Below, piece after piece: positions 9,907 through 21,122 of a DNA stretch of 64,000 nt. This DNA comes from Candidatus Latescibacterota bacterium (GTDB lineage: Bacteria; Latescibacterota; UBA2968; SICM01): the NCBI GenBank assembly GCA_965217865.1, contig CBDCJO010000002.1, positions 1,056,001 through 1,120,000 on the forward strand, in the 5' to 3' direction. A model generated the notes under the pieces. It worked only from the letters and a program-made list of their open reading frames with translations, did no database searches and was not told where the DNA came from. The stretch's first letter is position 1; every line of letters begins with the position of its first letter. The translations under genes and the position numbers were made by a program.

Positions 9907-10904
9907 CTGTTTTTTTTAAAACCTTCCCGTTTGAGTTCTACGAGCAAATTTTTCGTCTGAAGAAGCAGCCTGGACCCGATGACGCGAAACGTACATCCGT
10001 AGATCGGACACTATACAAATAAATATTGTCTATGAGCGCATAGATTTCCGAACCGTGACGTCCGTGCTTGGGAATTATATCTCTTCATCTGGAGATATGG
10101 CGCGGATACTTCTTCTGTCTTGCGGATCAAGCAGGAGTATCCACAGGTCTATCCGCTTGCGCAGATCCTTGTGGACACGCTTCAACTGGTTGAGATAGGC
10201 ATGTGTTTCTGGAAGAGCAAGACCAAGCCGGACTGACAGTTTTGGAGTGCTCTCTCTGAAGTACGATACAACGCTTGCCAGTGCCCGATCACGGCCCGGG
10301 CAATCATCTCGACTCTATTTCAAGGCATCTCCACGTGCCTGCCAGGGCACGGGAGAACACGCCTGATCCTTTGAAAACGAATACTCATGTGCGAACGCGT
10401 GTCATATTCCAAGGGGGGGGACAAAAGTGAATTGCGCTCCCATACCGGGAACCGTGGTTTCCGTTGCAAGCAAAAATTCTATGGAAAATTAAGCATGTCT
10501 TAATATTGAATCTTGACGAGCATCTCGAAAAACGTGACGTATAAATCGCACAAGTGTATTATATACAAATATGTAAAAGAGAAAGGCAGGATGATCAATA
10601 AATTCCTGGAAAGCGAAAAGAGGCCGGGAAAAATACCGGTAATTCATCCTTGAAAACATGAGGATCCTTTCTCCTGACTTGAACTTCGAGGTCGGAGGCA
10701 ACCCGGGTCATGGTTTTTCCGTAGGGTATCTTTCCTCTTGCCAAGATTCAACGGCAATTGTACATTTGATCCACTATGTATCCCGCGAGGTGGATTTTTG
10801 TCAATGGCCCTGATTATGATATATTAAGATTTGGTTTATCCCGCAGAGAGGAAAGGGACATTGAGGCGGCTTCGCTCGGAACACTTTCAACGGAGGTGAC
10901 TGGC

Positions 10905-13538
10905 ATGTCCAACGACTTCGCCCGCCGTATCCGGTCTGTGCACCTCGCCTGGCTTCTCTTGGCTCTGCTGCTTTTTTCCCATTCCCAAGGGTCAGCACAG
11001 GTGACATTGACCGGCACCGTGGTGGATGCCGATGGCGGCATTGGATTGTCCCAAGTCAACATTGCCGTTGAAAAAGATGCCATGACAGCTACCATCACGG
11101 ATGCGCAGGGCGCCTTCAGACTCGAGGTCGACCGCCTCCCCGTTATCTTGATCGTCAGTCTCATTGGCTACGAGACGGACCGGGTGGTCGTCAGCGAAAA
11201 CGTCGCTATCGAGGTAATGCTGCGCGTGCTGGCTGTGGAAATGGAGGGCTTGGTGGTCGTGGGATCCCGCTTTGTTCCACGCACCGCCATCTCCTCACCG
11301 GTCCCGGTCGACAACATATGGGCTTCGGAACTGGCTGCCACTGGCCAACTCTCCATCGACAAAGCGTTGACCTACACCGTCCCGGCCTACAACTCCACCC
11401 AGCAGACCATCTCAGATGCCACGGCCCATTTCGACCCCGCCGACCTGCGTGGGCTCGGCCCCAGCCGCACCCTGGTGCTGATCAATGGCAAGCGCAAGAA
11501 CCCCAGCGCGCTCGTCTACATCAACGACACACCTGGCAAGGGCGAAGTGGGGGTCGACATGAAGAGTATTCCGGCCTCGGCGGTAAAACGGATAGAGGTG
11601 CTTCGCGATGCCGCCGCCGCCCAGTACGGGTCTGACGCCATCGCCGGCGTCCTCAACGTGATTTTGGACGACGAACCGGACGGCACCGAAGTGCAGTTGT
11701 TTTCTGGTCTGATGGATGAGGGGGACGGCGGTTTCCGGGGGTACAATCTCAGCACCGGATTCAAACTGGGTGGGGAGGGGTTCTTACGCGTCAGCCACGG
11801 TTTTAGCGATCAGGACGAGACCAACCGGGCGCCCAACCCCGGTCGCGACGATCTGTTCGGTGTCGGTGCGGATGACCCGTGGATTCAGGCGAATCCCGAC
11901 CTGGGCATGCGGGTCGGATTGCCTAACACCACCGGTGCCGAGTTCTTCTACAATGCCGGCATGCCCCTGTCTGAAGAGGCGGACATCTACAGCTACGGCG
12001 GCCTGCAGTACCGCAACGGCATCAGCTACGCACTCTACCGCACGCCCTATTGGATTCCCGATCCGAATAACATTTATCATGATGAAGGAGAGACTTACAA
12101 CGGATTCCATCCCACCTTCGAGACCGACATCTTCGATCGCACGCTCGCAGTGGGCACGCGGGGCAAAAGGTCAGGGTGGGACTTCGACATCAGCAACACC
12201 CTTGGCAGCAACAGTGTCGACTACACGGTACGTCAATCCCTCAACACCGATCTGGGTGCCGAAAGCCCCACCACCTTCCGCACCGGTGGGTACGAATTCA
12301 GTCACAACGTCAGCAACTTGGACATCGCCCGGAGGATTGGCAACGCCACTGTGGCGATGGGTACCGAGTTTCGCACCGAAAACTTCCAGGCCAAAGCGGG
12401 CGAGGAGGCCTCTTACATTGGCAGTGGCACGCAGTCATTCCCCGGCTTGCAGCCGCAGAATGAAGTGGATGTCAACCGTCACAACGTCGGAATTTATGCC
12501 GATGTCCATTACGACTTCGACGGACAGGTGCTTCTCGGCGCCGCCGCCCGTCGGGAAAACTACAGCGACTTCGGCGACAATCTTTCCTGGAAATTGATCG
12601 GTCGATATGGGTTCATGGAGAACCGGGGATCGGCAAGAGTGTCCGCCTCTACTGGCTTCCGCGCGCCCTCACTACACCAGATCTATCTGAGCAACATCCA
12701 GACGCTGATTTCAGGCGGCACCGTTTCAAATCAAGGCACGTTCAACAATGAAAGTCCGGTCTTACGCGCGCTGAACGTGCCGAAACTCGAAGAGGAAAAG
12801 TCCTTCAACATCACCGCCGGGGTAGCTCTGCGTCCGATCAAGTCAGTGCTTCTGTCGGCAGACGTTTATCAGGTGGATGTAGACGATCGCATCGTTTACT
12901 CCAGCAGCATTGCTTCGTCAGATACCTCGTCTACGGTAGGCTCCATTCTCGACCAGTACGACATAACCAGTCTTAAATTCTTCACCAACGCGGTTGACAC
13001 GCGCACCCGCGGCATCGATATGGTCGCCTCCTACGCTAGGGCCGTGGGGCGCGGTCTGGTCGATGTGGACTTCGGCGCCAACTTCTTCGACACCGACATA
13101 CGTGGTCAGATCAGCACCCCGGCACCCATTGCCAGCGCTGACTTCGAAATCTTTGACCGCAAGGAGCAGTCGCGCATCCTCACGGCCAGACCGAAAAACA
13201 AAATCCTGCTCAGGGTCACTTACACAAGAGGCCCCCTGAGCGCAACGTTGAACAACGCCCGCTTCGGTGCCGTTACCTGGCGACACGCCGATGATCCAGC
13301 CAAGGACCAGACGTTTGATCCGCGGATTGTCACCGACTTGACGGTCGAATATCGACTGAACGAGACCGTTCGGTTTGGTGCAGGCGTCAACAACCTTCTG
13401 AACGTCTACCCGGAGAAGATTGACAGCAAGGGAGACGTGCTGACCGACTTGGGCGGACGCTTCCAATATCCCTGGGAGGTGAATCAGTTCGGTTTCAACG
13501 GCATGACCGGAGTTGCGCGTCTGCGTCTCAGTTTCTGA
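10905..13538 (+). CDS. TonB-dependent receptor with N-terminal carboxypeptidase-regulatory-like domain
   Basis: GGAGGT RBS; signal peptide; LRGLGPSRTLVLINGKR, IEVLRDAAAAQYGSDAIAGVLNV plug motifs; C-terminal Phe. Confidence 0.95.
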   Translation: MSNDFARRIRSVHLAWLLLALLLFSHSQGSAQVTLTGTVVDADGGIGLSQVNIAVEKDAMTATITDAQGAFRLEVDRLPVILIVSLIGYETDRVVVSENVAIEVMLRVLAVEMEGLVVVGSRFVPRTAISSPVPVDNIWASELAATGQLSIDKALTYTVPAYNSTQQTISDATAHFDPADLRGLGPSRTLVLINGKRKNPSALVYINDTPGKGEVGVDMKSIPASAVKRIEVLRDAAAAQYGSDAIAGVLNVILDDEPDGTEVQLFSGLMDEGDGGFRGYNLSTGFKLGGEGFLRVSHGFSDQDETNRAPNPGRDDLFGVGADDPWIQANPDLGMRVGLPNTTGAEFFYNAGMPLSEEADIYSYGGLQYRNGISYALYRTPYWIPDPNNIYHDEGETYNGFHPTFETDIFDRTLAVGTRGKRSGWDFDISNTLGSNSVDYTVRQSLNTDLGAESPTTFRTGGYEFSHNVSNLDIARRIGNATVAMGTEFRTENFQAKAGEEASYIGSGTQSFPGLQPQNEVDVNRHNVGIYADVHYDFDGQVLLGAAARRENYSDFGDNLSWKLIGRYGFMENRGSARVSASTGFRAPSLHQIYLSNIQTLISGGTVSNQGTFNNESPVLRALNVPKLEEEKSFNITAGVALRPIKSVLLSADVYQVDVDDRIVYSSSIASSDTSSTVGSILDQYDITSLKFFTNAVDTRTRGIDMVASYARAVGRGLVDVDFGANFFDTDIRGQISTPAPIASADFEIFDRKEQSRILTARPKNKILLRVTYTRGPLSATLNNARFGAVTWRHADDPAKDQTFDPRIVTDLTVEYRLNETVRFGAGVNNLLNVYPEKIDSKGDVLTDLGGRFQYPWEVNQFGFNGMTGVARLRLSF

Positions 13539-13914
13539 AGCAGGGTTCAATAGGGTGCTGCGAGCAGGCGGCCGATGATGGCGACAACCAGGACCGTCGC
13601 CTGAGATCCTTCCGGGGTGGACGGTCCAATTTGTATACAAACTTATCCGTCTGATTATCTTCCGGTTCGCCATCGACGGCCGCCGCCAACCTCCGGAGGG
13701 TTGGGAGCAGGTCCCCGCGTCGCTGCACCTTCTCCGAAACCCTTCAGCTGTGTCAAGATCGGGTCCACTTCCTCAGAATGCGCTCAGACCAGGCGCTTCC
13801 GCTCCTGCAAGTAATGCTCGATCCTCTGCACACTTCACTCTTCTTCTTCGATAGCGTCCGCACAGCCCCAACCTGAGAATCAGTCCGGTTCCGGTTCGAG
13901 TATCGAGAAGAATG

Positions 13915-14700
13915 TAGTACACCATGACACCTAAAACTTGGGATATAGCTTCTTCAGTTTGATGCGGGCGTCGGTGGTCGTGAACTGCCAATCAAGGGTT
14001 CTGTGTTTCTCGTTTCGATCACATTTCCAGGCCTCCACTTCGTTGGTGAGGGTCTGCAGGTCAGGAATGCGGCTGTGCAGGCATTGTCTGGCAAGGACGC
14101 TCAGTTCGATCTCAGCGATATTGAGCCAGCTGCCGTGCCTGGGCGTGTAGTGCAATTCGAGGCGTTTGGCTAGAGAACGGGCCTTTTCGGGTGGGAAGGC
14201 CTTGTAGAGAGATGCGATGGTGTGAGTATTGAGGTTGTCGCAGACCAGCACCACGACTTGCGCATCCGGGTAGTCCACCTCAAGCAGTTCCTGGATCTCG
14301 TAAGCCCAGTCTACGGCGGTCCTGCGTTCCCGGACGTGGACCTTTCCGACGTCCGGTCAGGGGCTCGAGGAACAAGAAATTCGCGGCTGTGCCGTGACGC
14401 TCATACTCATAGTCGTAACGTCGGGGATGCCCCGGTCTTTCCGGGACCGGGATGCGTGTCTCTCCGATCAACTGCACGGGGTGTTCGTCCATGGCCAAAA
14501 GCGGCCTTTTCGGATCATAGGGCCGGTGATACAGATCCAGAAGATTCTCCATGCAAGCTACGAATGCGGCGTTTTCCCTGGGCGGAATCACTTAGCACGT
14601 TTTCAGATGGGGCTTGAGTTCGTTTTTTTGAGCGCCCGTTGCACGGTCCGACAGGAGATGCTCTCGACGATGTTGAGTTCAACCAGCTTGTCGGCGAGCA
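13915..14700 (-). mobile_element. IS630-family transposase, degenerate and 5'-truncated
   Basis: IPPRENAAFVACME, RRYDYEYERHGT, VCDNLNTH, TPRHGSWLNIAEIEL; several frames. Confidence 0.85.
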
Positions 14701-14836
14701 ACTCCCTGCAACGACGTACCATAGAGGACACCTCCCTTAACTAATTTACTTCTCCCTTATCTGGGTGTCCACTAAATCGGGGCAAGACGAATTCGCTCAC
14801 TATTCACTGCTCACAATTCATCCCTCACCCTACGAT

Positions 14837-14871
14837 AAAAAAATGCCCCGATGGATTTCCCGCCGGGGCAT
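14837..14871 (-). terminator. Rho-independent terminator after the ABC ATPase
   Basis: ATGCCCCG/CGGGGCAT stem followed by a T run on the minus strand. Confidence 0.65.
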
Positions 14872-14892
14872 GGGATTCATCGTAACTCCCCT

Positions 14893-15639
14893 TCAATTCT
14901 CAATCGGAGCCTGTTCCGATCGGCCTTCCGCATTTGTTCCGTACATGTAGTCGAGATACATCTTCTCCAGGTCTTCCGTCTCCAGCTCCTTCTTCGTCCG
15001 CTCCATGATCAGCTTGCCGGCCTTCATGATCCCCACCCGGTCCGCCAGCGTGCGGGCCCGGAAGATGTCGTGCGTGGACATGAAGACCGCCTTCCCCTCC
15101 GACCTGAGTTCCTCCAGGAGATCAATAAACTCCGAGCCGGCCTGCGGATCCAGTCCGGCCGTCGGCTCGTCCAGAAGGATCGCCAAGGCATCCCGGATGA
15201 TCACGATGGCGATCCCGACCTTCTGCCGCATACCCTTGGAAAACTCCTTCACCCGCTGTTCATAAGCCTTCTCCTCCAGACCGACCCGCCTGAGAATCTT
15301 GTAATATCCCTCCCGGTCCGTCTGCTTGCCAGCCAGCCCCGCGAAAAAATCCAGATTCTGCCGTGCCGTGAAATTTCCGTAGAGCATGACGTTTTCCGAC
15401 AGATAGGCCAGGTGTTTCTTGGCCTCCAGCGGGTCCCGCGTAACGTCGATGCCGTTGATCTTGGCCGTTCCCTCCGTGGGTTCGATGAAGTTGAGCATCA
15501 GGTTGATCGTCGTGGTCTTGCCCGCCCCGTTGGCCCCGAGCAGGCAGAAGATCTCCCCGGTGTCCACTTTCAGGTTGAGATTGTCCAGGGCAAGCACCCC
15601 GTCCTCGTAGCGTTTACTCAGACCGATGGCTTCAATCAT
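14893..15639 (-). CDS. ABC transporter ATP-binding protein
   Basis: GANGAGKTT, FSKGMRQK, LLDEPT, STHD. Confidence 0.95.
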   Translation of the reverse strand: MIEAIGLSKRYEDGVLALDNLNLKVDTGEIFCLLGANGAGKTTTINLMLNFIEPTEGTAKINGIDVTRDPLEAKKHLAYLSENVMLYGNFTARQNLDFFAGLAGKQTDREGYYKILRRVGLEEKAYEQRVKEFSKGMRQKVGIAIVIIRDALAILLDEPTAGLDPQAGSEFIDLLEELRSEGKAVFMSTHDIFRARTLADRVGIMKAGKLIMERTKKELETEDLEKMYLDYMYGTNAEGRSEQAPIEN

Positions 15640-15684
15640 TTCGTCTCTCCTTTGGTTTAAAACCCTTTGGTGTCTTCAAAAGGC

Positions 15685-17222
15685 CTACCTCCTCGTCAAT
15701 TTCACGCCATACCATACGATGCCGATCACGATGCCGATCACGCTGAAGACCAGTCCCGCGCTCAAAATCAGGTTCGTCCTGGCGCTCACGTGAATGCGCA
15801 CCGTCTTGTCCTGGGTCTGAACGGGCCGGTTGTCCGCCAGGGCCTCGGTCTGGATCTGGATCTCATAGTCCCCACGTCCACCCCCGATGGCGGAAGGAAC
15901 TTCAGCTTTACGAGGGTCTCCTTATCCGGAATCAACGAAGATATCACATCCGGGTTGATCCTGGACTGCCAGTTGATCGGCATGTTTGTGCGGATCCGAA
16001 TGTTGTCCAGACGCCGCGTGCCCCCATTGAGCACCCTGATGTCCATGTCCACGGTGTCATCCGTCTTGATCTCGTGGTAGAGGTTCACCGCCCGGACCTC
16101 GATGCGTCCCACACCCCGCGGCGTCATCTCCAGCTTGACTTTGCCTGTGTTGAGCTCGGCGATCTGTTCATCTGAAAACATTTTGTCGTCAAGGGGTTGA
16201 AGCTTCCGCCAGATCTCCTGGGGGACCACCAGTACGTAGAACGCCAGCGGCTTATCGATGGTCACGCGGTCGCTGGTACGGTCGGGCAGGAACACGTCCA
16301 GCTCCAGTTGCTTGCTGCTCACCCCTTGAGTGAAATTGACCTGGGAAAGCCTGCGGGATTGCGCGGAAGACGGGTCCATGAAGCTGTAGGAGATCTGCCG
16401 CGGCAGGTTGATCACACTCAGCTGAAATACGTCGTTGTCACTCGAAAATCGCTCCAGGTCCAGGGTGAAAGTGGCGCTTTCGCCCAGGTTGGCCTCCTGC
16501 GAGAAGTTCGGCGAGGTCACGATCACCCGGTCGGCCCCGGCGTCCTTCTGGAGATAGATGTGTCTCTGATCCGTCTTTCCCGCGTAGGTCATGCTGACCG
16601 TGACGACCTCCACGTCCTTCAGCAGCAGGAAGTCGATCTCTGCCTTCTGGCCGAAGCGAATCGTCGCAATCTTGCCCTCATACGGCTGGCTGATAATCGG
16701 CCCCACCCCACCCGTCTCCGTGGCCTCGTGGAGGGAGATGAAGACATTGTTGATCTTGTCCGGTTGAAGGCTGGGGTCGAAAACGTCCGCGTCCGTCTCG
16801 ACCAGCTTCGCATAGTCCGCCACCCCCCCTGTGGTGTTCTTCAAACTCAGACGCACCCGTTTTTTTCCGTCCTGGGCCTGGTACTTGACGGCCTTCTCGA
16901 TCAGGATGTGGGGTTGGTCGAAGATGACCCGAAGCATCGCCTGCTGGTAGTTGATCTCATGGTTGATAAAGGACGCTTGTGTCTTTTCGAATTCCTCCCG
17001 GGAGATCAGCTCCCTTTTTACCAACTCGAGGGCAGACTGGTATTCCGACTTTGCCAAGTCATACGCGGCCTTCTGCTTCTTGAGCGCCAGGATCAGGAAA
17101 GTCTCGTCGTTCCGTTCCGAGTTTAAGCTCTGGGAATACCCCGGGATCCGGGAACACGGAATCGAAAACAATACCAAAACCAAAAATGTCGAGACTTTGA
17201 TTTTCAACGGTTCGAATGTCAT
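15685..17222 (-). CDS. Secreted, membrane-anchored NEW3-domain protein associated with ABC-2 systems; apparent frameshift near 15870
   Basis: Signal peptide, coiled coil, VLNGGTRRLDNI...PINWQSRINP; true C-terminus DYEIQIQTEALADN...TM-KLTRR* in a shifted frame at a G run. Confidence 0.75.
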
Positions 17223-17451
17223 GAAAGTATTTGAACTTGGATACCCCTTCCTTTGGAAGGGGAGGAAAAGTTTAGCTTGCTGAGGGTAAGCTAAAAGGCT
17301 GTTTTGTCCGTACCGTAGTCGAAAAGGTAACTTCTAAAGTGATCAGAGGATATATTCGGTTTCATCTTCAAGAGCAGAAAGGGCCCCTACAGTTGGATCT
17401 GTTTGGGGAGGGGAGTGGTTAATGCCCCGCCCTTTGGGCGGGGTGATTTAC
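17223..17451 (+). mobile_element. Non-autonomous IS200 derivative (PATE-like), 229 bp
   Basis: Left end shared with 4861; joined directly to tnpA C-terminus FVRTVVEKVTSKVIRGYIRFH; right hairpin CCCCGCCC-TTT-GGGCGGGG then TTAC. Confidence 0.85.
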
Positions 17452-17534
17452 TTACACGTTGAAATTTACGTACTTAAATTCATTCAACGGATAAGATTTA
17501 ATGGTAGTTATATATCTTGATGTAGCAAGGCGTT

Positions 17535-17748
17535 GTGCCGGGCCAATTGACCCTACACGCTGACCGAGGCGCTTCGATGACCAGCAAAACCCGTGGCACT
17601 CCTGCTGGCCGATCTGGGGCTGACCAAATCGCACTCACGACCGCACGTATCGAACGACAACCCATACTCCGAGGCGCAGTTCAAGACCTTGAAGTATCGC
17701 CCGGCCTTCCTGGAACGCTTTGGTGGGCTCGAACACGCCAGTTCATTC
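17535..17748 (+). mobile_element. IS3-family integrase-core fragment (middle part)
   Basis: LHADRGASMTSK, SHSRPHVSNDNPYSEAQFKTLKYRP. Confidence 0.85.
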
Positions 17749-17951
17749 GGGAATTATATACTTGACAAAGACTATCTTGATTTATCCCAAAGTGTTGAGT
17801 TTTTGCGAAAATCTCGCAGAATGCCCCGTCCCTTGGACTTTGATGTCCTGTTTCTATATTTGTCGGCATGAGACTGCCAACAGACTGTTTGAGTAGACAG
17901 AGCCTTCATCACTACTGTCATGTCCCAGAAGTTCCTTACAAAAGAAGGTAA

Positions 17952-18235
17952 TTAGGAAGATATTGGTACCAGATTCACCAGATATGAAGCAATAATTGGG
18001 AAGAGATCCTCGTCTTCCTGGTTGAATCTGAACTCTGTTTCCTTCAGGTATAAATGGAAATGATGTCGAGGGATCCCTCTGTATTGATATAGCCAATTTT
18101 CAGAAAAACTCCAGAAGCCTTCGATGCCATTGATGTGATGTCGGCCTTTGCCTTTGGGCACCCCTTCTTCTTTTCGAACAACCACGTGGTCACCTTTGAC
18201 TGACACAGCCAAGTATAGGCGTGCCAGTCATCGGT
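17952..18235 (-). mobile_element. IS1595-family transposase C-terminal fragment
   Basis: HINGIEGFWSF...YRGIPRHHFHLYLKETEFRFN. Confidence 0.85.
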
Positions 18236-18289
18236 ATCTTTTAATTAGGTATCGCATGAATGGGCAACGAGTATTCTCGTTTCCCCCGA

Positions 18290-18650
18290 CTATGCCCGGG
18301 AGATTGCTAGCGTACAACGTGACGCAACCTTTCATTCCTGCCGATACTTGTCGCCCGCATGAGGGTTTCGATGGGTGTGTTGTCGGGGTTCAACATCTTG
18401 GTAGTCTTTGTGAAAGGCGGTGACGTGTCAGGGGATGTCGTATGAGATTGAGACCAGGAACCTAGGGTCACATCCTGAGGGGGGTAAATGGCACTCGGAT
18501 CGCGAGGGGCTTGAGAGGTAATGGACAGTAGGAGCAATGGAAGTACGCACCCCAGCATACCGAAACTGAGGGCGGATGACCGCAAGGGAGCAGGCTGTAG
18601 AAGCCGTCAGGTGGGGGAGGACGACCGGGTCATGAACCGTCGGATACCGC
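18290..18650 (+). mobile_element. Group II intron 5' fragment (CL-like), degenerate; no RT or domain V
   Basis: Ordered blocks CCGGGAGA, TACAACGTG, GCCGATACTTGTCG, ATCTTGGTAGTCTT, AAAGGCGGT, GACCGCAAGGG resemble CL-class intron 5' domains (from memory); GTGCG boundary not intact. Confidence 0.5.
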
Positions 18651-18837
18651 CCGCCATCGCGACGTGGCTGTTTGTTACTGCTTACGATAAATTTGATAGT
18701 TATATACTCGGTAGCATCCGGGCTGGGAAATTGAATCGTTGTGGGGACGGCTACAGCACTGCCAGGTGTAGCGCCAATTGAGGTAATCGCCATCCATTTT
18801 GCAGGACGCTTTTAGGACTTGCCCAGATCCGTGGGTC

Positions 18838-19233
18838 GGCGGAACATGCCAACAATTTTGAGACACTGAAAGTTGGAATTCAGTGCAGTTTCCGGCCGTC
18901 TCCATAAGAGGTGTCATCGGCACCGTGGATCCCCGTGCAGGTATCGGGACCAAGTTCGATTTGGTATCACCTGGCGTAATAACGATTGGATCGTGCCGGT
19001 ACTTATCCGAGATCCGGGGTGGATTGATCCAGACCTCGGAAGGCAGGTCGGTTGGCAGCGGGGGACCCTGCACAAAACGTTCGGGGTGGGCGATATAGGC
19101 ACGCCACAGGGTCTGCTCACGGGCGGCAAGGATTTCCTTGGCGTAGCTATAGTGCACAGATTCCGGGGTCAGCAAGCCCAGGCCTGAGTGGCGATGCTCT
19201 GTGTTGTAGTAGGTGAAGAACTCATGGCAGAAT
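18838..19233 (-). mobile_element. IS3-family transposase C-terminal fragment with right end
   Basis: FCHEFFTYYNTEHRHSGLGLLTP...HPERFVQG...VWINPP then GTGTCTCAAAATTGTTGGCATGTTCCG. Confidence 0.85.
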
Positions 19234-19379
19234 TCTTGATGAACCAGATAACCCCGGAGGAACAGGCCGCAAACCATAAAGATTTTACAAGATCCTCTTC
19301 CTACTTCTTGAAATCCGCTCAATTAAAATTGCCAGGTATCAGAATGCTCACCCGATTGCCGTGTTAAGAATAAGTTCCC

Positions 19380-20879
19380 TTATCGTGGATCATATTTGAG
19401 GAAAGAGACATAAGCACCCACAAAAAAAACAACGGCTAAAACCGCCAACAGCATCAAATCTATGTTTACACGTCCCATTATATCGGAAAGACTCTCTTTT
19501 TGATATTTGAATATCGGCATATCACTGATATCCACTGTTTTCTGTTTTGTGGTTGGTCTGGAACGACCTTCCAAAATGGGGGAAAATACAACTCTTCCAA
19601 GAGTTTCTTCCTTTGATTTTAAATAAGATGTAAAAATATCTTTGTGTGCGCGGGCCAAATTAAGGAAGTGCTCCTGGCTTTCGATACCCGTACCAGCTAT
19701 GTTCATGGAGGCAAGGGTCATAATCGAGGTAGGAGAGATTCGTGATAGACCCAAGGCTAACTTGGCTAAACGCTCTTGTTTATTGTGATAATCCTTCTCC
19801 ATTCTTGCACTTTCAACCTTCTTTTCAGCATCCATCCGAACTTTATACTCATCTAGCAAGGCTTGCTGCTTTGCCGTCCACTCGGAAAAGGTCTTTCTGT
19901 ATTGGGCTATAATCTTTTCTCGCTTTCCACTTGGAGTACCTGGCTCTATTTTAGGGGATCGGGGTGCAGGGTTTTCCATATCAATTTGTTTTAGATATGG
20001 AATAAAGTTTAGTTCAATATCTCTCTGAACCTGACTCGACTGCATGCGATACTGGTGAATTGAGGGCACCTGAATGAATTGGCTGGCAAGAATCACACTT
20101 CCCTTTGGGATCACCAGTGTCCAAACAACCCATATTAACAATAGTACCAAAAATGAAATGTTCGACCGACTTGTGCTGGCGGAGACGAACATTCCGAGGT
20201 TAAAAAAAACCGCAAGGTATAGGACAAAAACACAAAAGATCAACAACAGTTGGATTATGTCTTGGCTGTCCGGTTGGAAATCAGGGGAGATCGTGAGCAA
20301 CGCAAAACCTAGACAAACCGGGATACTCAAAGGTATCATCAAGCTAAGGAAACCACCGACCATCTTGCCCAGGATAAGAGTGTCTCGCGGCACTCGGTGA
20401 GACAGTATCAGCCCTAGGGTGCCATCTTCCTTCTCACCGGAGATGGAGTTATAGGTAAACAGGATGGCCATCAGGCTAAAAACGACCTTAACAAGAAAAG
20501 CCATATCCAAGTCCCCGAAAATACCAAAGATCGGATTTCCTTCGATTTTTCCTCCTGTGGGCGTAGGATTTCTATAACTTTTTACCGATATATGACGCCC
20601 TAGACTGTTTTCTAAACCCGATACGATGATGCTGGGAACTCCCGGAGGCTTACTTAGTTGCACTCCTGTGTTTGAAATTGCCAAGTAACTGGTTTGCTCC
20701 TTTAAGATCTCTCGACTAAGTTCCTTGGTCGTCCTGTATTCGGCAACTTTATCGTTGTAGTTGCGCATGCCTGTGTACAGGCTCAAGAGAATCAGGAAAA
20801 AGCAGAAGATTAAAGTTCCATAGAATTTGGGGCTGGAGAGATTGGCTAAAATCTCTTTGCTGAGAATGTGTCCAAACAT
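19380..20879 (-). CDS. ABC-2-type transporter permease subunit
   Basis: ILSKEILANL, FTYNSISGEKEDGTLGL, LILGKMVG, multiple TMs, FLKYDPR end. Confidence 0.9.
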   Translation of the reverse strand: MFGHILSKEILANLSSPKFYGTLIFCFFLILLSLYTGMRNYNDKVAEYRTTKELSREILKEQTSYLAISNTGVQLSKPPGVPSIIVSGLENSLGRHISVKSYRNPTPTGGKIEGNPIFGIFGDLDMAFLVKVVFSLMAILFTYNSISGEKEDGTLGLILSHRVPRDTLILGKMVGGFLSLMIPLSIPVCLGFALLTISPDFQPDSQDIIQLLLIFCVFVLYLAVFFNLGMFVSASTSRSNISFLVLLLIWVVWTLVIPKGSVILASQFIQVPSIHQYRMQSSQVQRDIELNFIPYLKQIDMENPAPRSPKIEPGTPSGKREKIIAQYRKTFSEWTAKQQALLDEYKVRMDAEKKVESARMEKDYHNKQERLAKLALGLSRISPTSIMTLASMNIAGTGIESQEHFLNLARAHKDIFTSYLKSKEETLGRVVFSPILEGRSRPTTKQKTVDISDMPIFKYQKESLSDIMGRVNIDLMLLAVLAVVFFVGAYVSFLKYDPR

Positions 20880-21122
20880 GCCGTCCTTCAAAACTCCCCT
20901 GATTATGTGTTTGCGACTCAAAGACTTCGATAAAAATCTTTCTATTTAGATTTCCAGTGTACGATACATTGTGGCGCTACATCCATCTTTCCTCTGTACC
21001 AAACGAAAATATAAGCAAGGTTCGTTTGATTTGACAATTTTCAATTATAACCCAGAAAAAGATAACACGAGTTCAATAAGGAAGTGCAACACTTGGGATA
21101 GTTTTTGTTCTATCCTAAGTGT

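Noticed and set aside
9910-10400. Possible degraded gene
   Set aside because: Stops in the frames examined and no recognisable family.
10776-10904. Riboswitch ahead of the TonB-dependent receptor
   Set aside because: No cobalamin or TPP consensus recognised.
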